The notes beneath the pieces are model-generated. The model was not told the origin of the DNA. It did not search any database and saw nothing but the letters and a program-made list of their open reading frames with translations. The position numbers and the translations under genes are program-made. DNA of 64,000 nt from Rhynchobatus australiae. Its lineage: Eukaryota. The DNA lies in the NCBI GenBank assembly GCA_034780895.1, contig JAUZTB010000076.1:27215604-27279603 (forward strand). Reading direction: 5' to 3'. This document shows, in pieces, positions 53,655-64,000 of the stretch (the stretch's first letter is position 1; every line of letters starts with the position of its first letter).

Positions 53655-53924
53655 TAACTTTTTTGTGGAATGATTTCTGACAAGTACAGTTGGTGTTAAT
53701 CTGATTGTAACTCATCAGTAATTAAACCTAAGTAACCTCAACATTGTCTAACTCATTACTTTCTGATATACCTTAAAAGATATAGTAGGTACTTAAGTTT
53801 TTCTTAAGATTTCATCATTTGTGACTATGGCAGTCCCTAATTACCCTCGAAAGGGTACTGGTGAGCTGCCACTTTGACCTGTTGCAGTTCCAGTAAAGGT
53901 ACTTGCATTATGCTGATGAATAGG

Positions 53925-54027
53925 ATAATAGGAGAGGCTTAAGGTGCTAAGGCTTTTCTCACTGGAGAGGAGGAGGATGAGGGGAGACATGATAGAGGTG
54001 TATAAAATGTTGAGAGGGATAGATAGA
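53925..54027 (+). mobile_element. CR1 fragment running into a gap
   Basis: LRLFSLERRRMRGDMIEVYKMLRGIDR. Confidence 0.85.
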
Positions 54028-54799
54028 NNNNNNNNNNNNNNNNNNNNNNNNNNNNNNNNNNNNNNNNNNNNNNNNNNNNNNNNNNNNNNNNNNNNNNNNN
54101 NNNNNNNNNNNNNNNNNNNNNNNNNNNNNNNNNNNNNNNNNNNNNNNNNNNNNNNNNNNNNNNNNNNNNNNNNNNNNNNNNNNNNNNNNNNNNNNNNNNN
54201 NNNNNNNNNNNNNNNNNNNNNNNNNNNNNNNNNNNNNNNNNNNNNNNNNNNNNNNNNNNNNNNNNNNNNNNNNNNNNNNNNNNNNNNNNNNNNNNNNNNN
54301 NNNNNNNNNNNNNNNNNNNNNNNNNNNNNNNNNNNNNNNNNNNNNNNNNNNNNNNNNNNNNNNNNNNNNNNNNNNNNNNNNNNNNNNNNNNNNNNNNNNN
54401 NNNNNNNNNNNNNNNNNNNNNNNNNNNNNNNNNNNNNNNNNNNNNNNNNNNNNNNNNNNNNNNNNNNNNNNNNNNNNNNNNNNNNNNNNNNNNNNNNNNN
54501 NNNNNNNNNNNNNNNNNNNNNNNNNNNNNNNNNNNNNNNNNNNNNNNNNNNNNNNNNNNNNNNNNNNNNNNNNNNNNNNNNNNNNNNNNNNNNNNNNNNN
54601 NNNNNNNNNNNNNNNNNNNNNNNNNNNNNNNNNNNNNNNNNNNNNNNNNNNNNNNNNNNNNNNNNNNNNNNNNNNNNNNNNNNNNNNNNNNNNNNNNNNN
54701 NNNNNNNNNNNNNNNNNNNNNNNNNNNNNNNNNNNNNNNNNNNNNNNNNNNNNNNNNNNNNNNNNNNNNNNNNNNNNNNNNNNNNNNNNNNNNNTGTTG

Positions 54800-55340
54800 A
54801 GCAATGAGGGCCTCAATTGTGAATGGCCTGATACTGGCTGACCTCAGCAAGCTTTCCCCAGTGAATTCCTCTGGAAGCTTTCAAAATTGTCACAATTTTC
54901 AAATATTTATGAATATCTTGGACAAAAGAAGCATTTTTAAACAATTACAAACATTACATTAAAAAATTAAGAATATGGTTTAAAAACTCATCCAGAAAAC
55001 TTGATTAAATAATCAAACGACAGATAATTTTTAAAAAATAGAGAACTTGCCATGTCTTTCCGTTTTTTATCCATTGTCATTCAGTTCTCATTGAAATCAA
55101 TGGACTAGTGGAAACTGCATCGGGTATAACCTGGTACAGGATCAGAAGGCAGTATCCCAATATAAATGCTGGAGAACCTCAACAAATTCCTGGCCTGCCA
55201 CTGCACTCCATGTGGTTTCCAATAGTGGAGCGCAGGAAAATGGGCCAGATGGGTGGCAGTATGTTTATTGTGCAGGCAGTAAAACTGGACTTCCTGCTGA
55301 CTTCAGAGTATGCACATTACAGTACAATTTCCTGGAAAAG
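54800..55340. mobile_element. Second copy of the 11.4-12.3 kb TIR element
   Basis: caggatcagaaggcag is the exact reverse complement of ctgccttctgatcctg (about 11616-11631); aaaactggacttcctgctg matches about 11449-11467 in reverse. Confidence 0.5.
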
Positions 55341-56050
55341 CAACTTTTCTCACTGTTAATCCAGCATTAAATGCATTGTTATAATTAAGAGAATGCATTT
55401 AAGAAAATAAATCTAGAAAAGTTGAGGATGATGGGACTTGATGCCATTTCCAACACATGCCTATTTATAAGTACTACGACAATTGGTGGAGACAACAAAT
55501 GATATTGTGTATTCAGAACAATAACTATAGTGAATTCATACATCAGTCTGTGGTGTGGTTTGATTACACACAAGACTTTAACGAGATAAAATTTCCATTT
55601 CATACAATATAGCTTTAAAGAGGCAGAATAAACTGGATTCTGAGATAGGACCAGCACAGGACTTGCTTGTGAGAGTAGCAGGTTAGAGCAAAAGATTTTA
55701 GAAAATACTTTGATATTAACGATGAGCAGGAAGTTTCCCATTAATTTGATGTTGGGAATGAATTATTAGTTAACAATTTCAGCTTGGTACTTTGTTGCAT
55801 TTCGTATTGGTTGATTGGTTTTCAAACGAGTTAATCCAGTTTTTATGGAAAATCATCATAGATCCTTAATCCTGTCTGCCAGCTGTCTTTTAGCAAATAC
55901 TCTTTGATTAAGTTCTTGCAGTATACTTATCAAATATTCCAAAATGTTACCTGATCCACATTTATAGATTGAAAGGCTCATCCAAGTGAAAACTCCATTT
56001 ACTTCACCATATTGACATTCGCTAAACAGGTAGAAAAAAAGCATTGCTGA

Positions 56051-56332
<282 letters not shown>

Positions 56333-56439
56333 TAAATCCCACAATATTGATCTGTTTCCTGCGTCCAGGATATTAATATTAAAATAGACATCAGCATCCT
56401 CTTCTATTGTGCATTATTATCCAAGGGAGATCCCAGTCG

Positions 56440-57070
56440 TTCTAAAATAAAAACAGAAAGTGCAGGAAATACTCAGCAGGTCATCCAGCATGAATAGAGA
56501 GAGAAACATAGTTAACATTTCAGGTCAACGACCCTTCATCAGAAAATGAGAAAATAAGTGGATTTTAAGTTGCAAAGCATGGGCGGAGTCCAGAGAACAA
56601 AGTAAATGTTTGTGATCGGCTGGAGACTAAGATTGTCCAGGTTACACAATGCTTTCAGTGCCATCCAACAACTGAGTAAGGACGTTACAGAAAAATAAAC
56701 ATGCTGAAACTGTGAGGTGCAGAAGCTGTGTAGTTGCTGGAATTCTGAAACACAAGAGAATGCCCAGCCTCTTTGGAAAAGCTGAATTATTATTACAGGC
56801 AGATAAACGTAGATCAGAACTAATCAGTTCTGACACAGACATGAAAGGCTGATTATCTGAGATAGTTCAATTCAGAATTCAGTCCTTGGGGCTGCGAAAG
56901 TAACAACATTTTTGAGTTCTGCATGAATGCAGAAAGCAGCACTGTATGAAAGGAAGAGTTGAGGGAAGGAGCCAGAGAAGGAAAGAAGCAAGGGCTTTTA
57001 TGTGTATCCCACAGAAAGAGAGGTAAAGTTTAGGTTCATGGAAGTTCCCAAAGGCCAGTCTTTATTATTT
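56440..57070 (-). mobile_element. Penelope-like element relic (pLTR, EN end, RT remnant)
   Basis: pLTR text at 56450-56545; minus-strand LGTSMNLNFTSLSVGY resembles the Penelope RT motif MGTRMGPSYACLFVGY. Confidence 0.7.
56507..56548 (-). ncRNA. Minimal type I hammerhead ribozyme-like motif (Penelope variant), partly decayed
   Basis: Minus RNA: CAUUUU CUGAUGA A GGGUC-GUU-GACCU GAAA UGUU AACUAUG; core boxes and stem II are intact. Confidence 0.6.
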
Positions 57071-58299
57071 CTTTTAGGGCTATATATTTAGCAACTTCTG
57101 CTGTGTATTATTTTAATAAAGTTGTTAATATTTCTAAAAGCTTAACATCTTACATAATAAATATTGGAGTTTTACACATGCCATGTTCCATCAATGTTCC
57201 AAAAATAACATTCAGCACTTTTTACATTGAATTATAATTCAGAAACAGGTCAGATATTGTCATTCTCACACAGTTGGTCAAAGTTTATACATGCCTACCC
57301 TGGCCCTCATCCCTTTATTTCCATTTCCTTCACCTTTCTGATTTATTCTTAAATCCAGACAAAGTCACCACTCAGTTACTAACACCAGCAATGCATTTGA
57401 CAGCCACACAACTCTCTGTTTAAGAAAAAAATTATTGTCCAACTTTCTGTGCTACATTTCTTGCACTAAATTTGATATTATATACCAGTTTTGCTCTCCT
57501 CATCTCAAAAGAGAATATTTAGTTAGTTTCCAATAGATTCTTTTAAAGAGCTGTGCTGAGTGATTTCAAAGCTTAAGAGAATTATTTCTGAAGAAAGTTT
57601 GACCGTGAGTTTTCTCTCGAAAACAGAACACTGAGAGTTGATGAAGCCTTTGAACTAATTAGCTGTGTAAATTTTGCTGCCATATCAAAAAATTAAGTGC
57701 ATAGTCCTATTTAGAAATTAAGAGCAGCAAAAGTAAATGGGAAATACATGAGCAATTTTTTGTTTACTAAAAGGGAGGTAAGTATTGGGAACATATTAGA
57801 ATTATGGATGCGAAATGGTAACTCTAAATAGGTTTCAAGGCAGAATGAAATAGGTTCTTGACAACCAATGGATTTAACCCTGAATTCCATGAAGGAAGTT
57901 CTGCAGAAAAGTGGAGCAGCTGGGAACTAACTGTAAACTGGGCTTTGTTCGAAAAAAAATGTGTTTTATCAAAGTAAATAAGGGACAAATCTCTTCATGC
58001 ATTTGTCACTAACTAAATGTCATGACTAGGTTCAATAAGTTTTTCAGTTCCTCTCCCAGATGCTGGCATTAAAACTGGCCTTCTCTTCTTGCTTTATTTT
58101 ACAAGTTTATTTTAAATGGTGTAAGTTAATCATTTCCTCAATATTTAAAACAAAACACAAGGTGTTATCAGATAATCCCAAAATATTACCGTTAGATTCT
58201 GTATCAATGGTTACAGCAAAACCACTGACACTCCCTATCTTTGCAACAAGTAATGAACTCTGAGGAGAATAGTAATAGACTTCAGGAAGATATGGTCAG

Positions 58300-59720
58300 G
58301 CTATACTTGATTGAGTCAGATGACAAATTAAATTTCATGCTGAGAAATATGAAGCGTTACATTTTATGTAAAGAATGAGAAGAGGCTATATGAACAGGCA
58401 CATTTCTAAAAGGGTGTAAGAAGAGTGAATATTGAAAGTGGCAAGGCAGTTTGAGAAAATAGTTTATGGGACCATGAGCTTTTTAAATACAGGAATAGAG
58501 TACAAAAACAGGGAAGTCATGATGAAGATTTATAAAACACTAATTCAACCACAGCTGGTGTATTGTACATACTTCCAGTGTCACACTTCTGGAAAAATAT
58601 AAAAGCTCTAGAGAGAATGCAGAACGGATTTATCCAATGACTGGAAATTTAAAAACTGCAGGTGCTGGAAATCAGCAATCAAGGCTGTATTTGCAGAAAG
58701 AGTTATAACAATTCAGGTCAAAGACCCTGAGTCAGAACTAAGAAAGAGAAAAGAAAATAGAATAAAGCTGCAGAGTCAGTTTTGAGGGAGGAATGCACTG
58801 GGCAAAGATAATATCTTCGATAAGGTAAGGCCAGGATTGCCGTGAAATACTCTTTATGAAGCCTTCTGATGAATAGACTCATGAAGGCAGTTAGAGAGGG
58901 AAAGAACAAAAGGACTTGTAAAAGCTATACAGTGCAGTTCAGAGCTGTGGTTGAGATTTGATACTTAAGAGAATGTTAGAAATGCCCAGCAAATCAGGCA
59001 ATGTCTATGGAGAGAGAATTCTGAATATATATTACAGATGGATATCCTTGTAGCAGAACTGGCCAGTTCTGGTATAAACAGAGGAAATAAGTTACGTGAA
59101 ATTGTTGAACTCCTGTCACTCCTCCATCCCACTCCTACTCTAATCCATCTGTCTTTGGCCTCAACAAGGCCCAATGTAAGATTGAGGAACTGTCAAAATC
59201 AACACTTTTCAGTTCTGGTCAATGAAGATCAACCTAAAACATTAACTCTGTTTCTCTTTCCACAGATGTTGCCTGATCTGCTGATGTTTTGAGCATTTTC
59301 TAATTCTAGGGATCAGGGAATTTATGTGGTTATTTTCCTTCGTGTAAAGGTGGTTGCAAAGGGAATCTGATGGAGGTGTTTAACATCATGAAGTGTATTG
59401 ACAGGGAAGATAAATAGAAACTGTTTCCATTAGCATAGGGGTCAAGAACCAGAGATAAAGAATGAAGGTGACTGACAAAATTGACACAAGGAAGAATATA
59501 TTAATACAGCAAGTGGTTAGTGTCTGGAACGTATTGCCAGGAGTCCAGCAGTTAAAGCAGATTTAATCGCAGTATTTAAAATGGATCTGGATAGGTAGTT
59601 CAAAGGAAACAATTTGCAGGACTATTTGGAGCAGGCAGGGAATGGACTAACTAGATTGATGGTGCGTAGAAGTGGGGTGGAGTCGATAGACTCAATAGCA
59701 GTCGATTGTGTTGTACCTAT
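58300..59720 (+). mobile_element. CR1 3' relic interrupted by Penelope pLTR pieces (about 58650-59308)
   Basis: GIEYKNREVMMKIYKTLIQPQL.YC before the insert and G.L.EVFNIMK..GSRTR after it. Confidence 0.7.
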
Positions 59721-60188
59721 TTTGTGAGTCATTGCACCTTCTGAACCTAAGTATCAATAAAAGGAGGATCGATTTTACACAGAGCATTATGGAACTTGGA
59801 ATATTTCCTGGAAAAGGTGGCAGAAACAAGGGTTGTACTCTTTCAGAAGGAAATTAATTAGTATATATAAATAACATATTTAAATTATGTATTAGGAAAA
59901 GATAAAACTAAATGTAACTGGATTGTTCATTCATTGAGAGTAAAAAGCCAANNNNNNNNNNNNNNNNNNNNNNNNNNNNNNNNNNNNNNNNNNNNNNNNN
60001 NNNNNNNNNNNNNNNNNNNNNNNNNNNNNNNNNNNNNNNNNNNNNNNNNNNCATTGAGAGTAAAAAGCCAAGGGAATTATGGTCTGATTTATTTAAAAAC
60101 TTAGTAGTTTTTAAATTAGATATTGCAATTTGTAATTACTAGATTCATATGAAACCTTGTATTGTTAACTGTTTGTTTCAATGCTCAG

Positions 60189-60290
60189 ATCAGATAGCTT
60201 GGCCTGATGGAGATGAAGCATTGCCACCAGATGCTGAGGACCTCATCTCAAAACTACTAAGGCAAAATCCATTAGAACGGCTGGGTACAG
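60189..60290 (+). CDS. MAST2: MAST2-like kinase exon ([34 protein letters not shown])
   Basis: ctcag| acceptor and G|gtaatg donor; 102 nt, phase 1 to 1. Confidence 0.93.
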
Positions 60291-60737
60291 GTAATGATTG
60301 GCATTTACATTTGAAATATCATCAATGTTAAGGATGCTTATAAAATTAATTCCACTGAACTAGGATCTAAAATTCTTGAATGTGAACAGAATATCATAGC
60401 CTTAGGTAAAAAAAAAGCTATGAAAATCTTTAAGTGCACTTCAGTCCTCTTGTGATATTATCTTGTTTCTGCTTTTCTTTCTACAGTTGTTGTTGACTGG
60501 ACTTAAATTTTGCAATCTTATTACTTATTAAAGATTTATATGCATATGTATATTTGTAATATGTATGCATTTGTGTCAGCTTATCATAGAAAATTATCAT
60601 AGTATATTAACTTAGTATTAAAATGAAGCATGTGGTCATGACTTGAGAAGGGAGACTGTAGGGTGATGAAGTGTATAATCTGAGATCATGAGAGGTGGAT
60701 TTGAATCGGCACAAATCTATACTTTCTTTCTCCTCAG

Positions 60738-60860
60738 GAAGTGCCTATGAAGTGAAGCAGCATCGGTTCTTCTCAGATTTGGATTGGAATAGTCTACTTC
60801 GTCAGAAGGCAGAATTTATTCCTCAGCTTGAGTCAGAAGACGACACCAGTTACTTTGATA
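60738..60860 (+). CDS. MAST2: MAST2-like exon, kinase end and AGC tail ([41 protein letters not shown])
   Basis: ttctcctcag| acceptor and A|gtaggt donor; 123 nt, phase 1 to 1; DDTSYFD motif. Confidence 0.94.
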
Positions 60861-61132
60861 GTAGGTAGAGCTCAGAGACCTGGAGCTTGAGTTGAAAGAT
60901 AACATTTTAACTAAAATCCTTCATTGTTGCCTTTTTAATTGCTTCTTAGTTGGTTGTACATACTAACCAAAAGTTATAATTAATACTTCTAGATTACATT
61001 TTAACATTGTTAACCAATAATTTAAGTTCTTCAGGGCATATGTTTTTTGGGGTAACCAGTTTAATAAATATGTTTAAATGAGAAGAAGCAGTTTTGACAT
61101 CCACAGCTGAAATTAAGCAACCCTAGTAACAT

Positions 61133-61270
61133 GGAAGAACACAGTGGGTCAGGCAGCATCTATGGAGGGAAATGCACAGCCATTTCCCTCCATAAATGAT
61201 ACCTGATCTGCTGAGTTCCTCCAGCTTTTTGTGTGTTGCTCCAGATTACAGCATCTGCAGTCTTTTGTGT
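61133..61270. mobile_element. Penelope inverted-pLTR mini-element with 14-bp TSD
   Basis: 43-nt inverted arms (35/43 identical); flanked by aaccctagtaacat / aaccttaggaacat. Confidence 0.8.
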
Positions 61271-61871
61271 AACCTTAGGAACATCAGTGCTGTAGTGTTA
61301 TGAGTAATACTGTCCTGTGAACTTGCAACTCAGGTTATTTTTTCACTGTTATTGTAAAAAGCAGAGAGATTTTTTTCATATTCCTTTGGTTTAGATTTGA
61401 AATGCTTGCAGAAACATTCCTTTCAAATCTTCCAGCTCACAGAAGTCAAGCAGGGCAAAACAGTACCAAAAGAAAAACCTAAACTTTAAAGTGGATTACC
61501 AGAAATTGGTCTACATTGGGCCTAAGTGTTTGGGTTTGGCACTCCAATTGTAACTGTGTGCACCATCTGGTCACCTGGCAGCTCTTTTTTAGTGTAAACA
61601 AAAGTATGATGCTGACCTTAGGGGGAAAAAAACTAAAAACAGTTAAATGTGTAGTTTTCCAGGTTCAATGGTTTAAGCTCATTTTTATCAAATCTCCTTT
61701 TGTTGCTGATATGATTTAGTCCATTACTTTCAAGCAGTACTTTTATCTGATAATTATCTGTCTTGTCACCCTCACAAAGTTTCTAATTGAAATGATGTGT
61801 GCAAAGGTGGCAATTTGTTAACAATGAATTAGTTCTCATTTTCAATGGACTGACATTTTTTTTTATCATAG

Positions 61872-61981
61872 CACGATCCGACAGGTACCACCATCTTGAT
61901 TCTGATGAAGAAGATGACACCAATGATGATGACCATGTAGAAATCAAGCAGTTCTCATCTTGTTCACCTAGGTTCAGCAAG
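61872..61981 (+). CDS. MAST2: MAST2-like exon ([37 protein letters not shown])
   Basis: T-tract then catag| acceptor; AAG|gtaact donor; 110 nt, phase 1 to 0. The gene continues beyond the window. Confidence 0.93.
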
Positions 61982-64000
61982 GTAACTTCAATATATAAAT
62001 TAACAAATGTGAAGTTTACTGCAGGGTCTCTCTTTTTCAGTGTTTGCTGTAATTCATAATTCTAATTCATAAATGAACACTTTTGGACCATATTGTGTAA
62101 ATTGTAGACAAGTGCCAATGAGATACATTTGTAAAAAGAGAAATTGAGGAATATAGTAAGAACCAAGGTAGGTGAGATTCTAACCACTCAGACTATTTCA
62201 AAATATATCCCTTCTCCTAAAAGTTCAATTTGGTTCATTTTGAATTTCACAATCACATAATTGCAAAATATAGTGTAACAATCCAATAAAGATCCTATTT
62301 CAGTATTTGGGGAAAAAAGGCATAAAATTTTGACGGTATTGCTATTTTGTTTAAGCAACAACATCAAAAGCAGATTAATTGGATTTTCATTTGATTGTTG
62401 GTCTTTGAATTTTTACTGTGTACAACAAGGGCATTGCTCTTTAAAGTGCATTTCTTTGTATGTAAATCACTTCGAGTTTCATTTGGTGAAAGGGAAATGG
62501 TGCTAAAGAGGCCAGAGTATGCTTCTGTTATTAATTTATTTAGAAAATTGATGGAAAAACTTAGCAATTAGTGACAGTGAATCAGCTTCTATGCTACCAT
62601 GTCATTTACTGCAAAAATTAAATGCTGTGAAATGCTTGTTCTCCGGATAGGTGGATGGTTTCCATTATATGTAAAGATTGGAGTTGATCTTCCATCACAG
62701 TTTAACCTACAGTGGACTGACCGTAGGCGCAGTGGTCTGGAAGTTCAAATTGTATAGTGTGTTTTGTTATGCACTTTGCAATAACATTGAATCATAATTA
62801 ATCACAAAGCACAGTCAGCATTCTCACACACACACAAAACATGTTAAACTTCAGGTCATTACTTGAAACTGACAACTGCTATGACAGTAGGTTTGAGTCC
62901 TGTCTATGAACTTTACGTGTACCTTATTCAGTTTACAAGCATGTTCTTAATAAAATATTGCCAAGCACTTTTAACATAGAGCTAAGGTATTAAAATGTTT
63001 TTATCATTTTAGCTTGTGTTTCCAAGTTACTATGTTAATGTGTGGTCAATNNNNNNNNNNNNNNNNNNNNNNNNNNNNNNNNNNNNNNNNNNNNNNNNNN
63101 NNNNNNNNNNNNNNNNNNNNNNNNNNNNNNNNNNNNNNNNNNNNNNNNNNNNNNNNNNNNNNNNNNNNNNNNNNNNNNNNNNNNNNNNNNNNNNNNNNNN
63201 NNNNNNNNNNNNNNNNNNNNNNNNNNNNNNNNNNNNNNNNNNNNNNNNNNNNNNNNNNNNNNNNNNNNNNNNNNNNNNNNNNNNNNNNNNNNNNNNNNNN
63301 NNNNNNNNNNNNNNNNNNNNNNNNNNNNNNNNNNNNNNNNNNNNNNNNNNNNNNNNNNNNNNNNNNNNNNNNNNNNNNNNNNNNNNNNNNNNNNNNNNNN
63401 NNNNNNNNNNNNNNNNNNNNNNNNNNNNNNNNNNNNNNNNNNNNNNNNNNNNNNNNNNNNNNNNNNNNNNNNNNNNNNNNNNNNNNNNNNNNNNNNNNNN
63501 NNNNNNNNNNNNNNNNNNNNNNNNNNNNNNNNNNNNNNNNNNNNNNNNNNNNNNNNNNNNNNNNNNNNNNNNNNNNNNNNNNNNNNNNNNNNNNNNNNNN
63601 NNNNNNNNNNNNNNNNNNNNNNNNNNNNNNNNNNNNNNNNNNNNNNNNNNNNNNNNNNNNNNNNNNNNNNNNNNNNNNNNNNNNNNNNNNNNNNNNNNNN
63701 NNNNNNNNNNNNNNNNNNNNNNNNNNNNNNNNNNNNNNNNNNNNNNNNNNNNNNNNNNNNNNNNNNNNNNNNNNNNNNNNNNNNNNNNNNNNNNNNNNNN
63801 NNNNNNNNNNNNNNNNNNNNNNNNNNNNNNNNNNNNNNNNNNNNNAGCAGGATTTTGCTGAGATTCCCAGATTTTACATTGGGAATTAACTGCTTAGAAC
63901 TTGCTTCAAATTAAGTATCCATTTGACTTCAGCAGCAATTGTTGGTCTGGAGATAAAAAGGTTTTTTTATTTATCCATTTATTTCAGTTACTTTAATTTA

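Overview
Gapped draft genomic DNA from a vertebrate, almost certainly a cartilaginous fish (inferred from its repeats: HE1/V-SINEs, Deu-core SINE, CR1, Rex1/Babar, Penelope). The whole window lies inside one + strand gene, a microtubule-associated Ser/Thr kinase, most likely MAST2. I traced 15 coding exons by hand: one cut by an assembly gap (4402-4460) and 14 complete ones (1812 nt, 604 codons). All have GT-AG boundaries and consistent phases. They cover the DUF1908 region, the full AGC kinase domain and the AGC C-terminal tail; the gene start and the PDZ/C-terminus lie outside the window. The introns are a mosaic of nested retroelement and MITE relics. I see no clearly established new biological system. 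The best leads are a Penelope-type minimal hammerhead ribozyme core antisense in an intron, an unexplained double-hairpin element, an Ile in place of the usual Met at the kinase gatekeeper, inverted SINE pairs that could drive editing or back-splicing, and a SINE sitting 34 nt from an acceptor. Repeat boundaries are approximate, and family names come from recalled motifs, not from searches.
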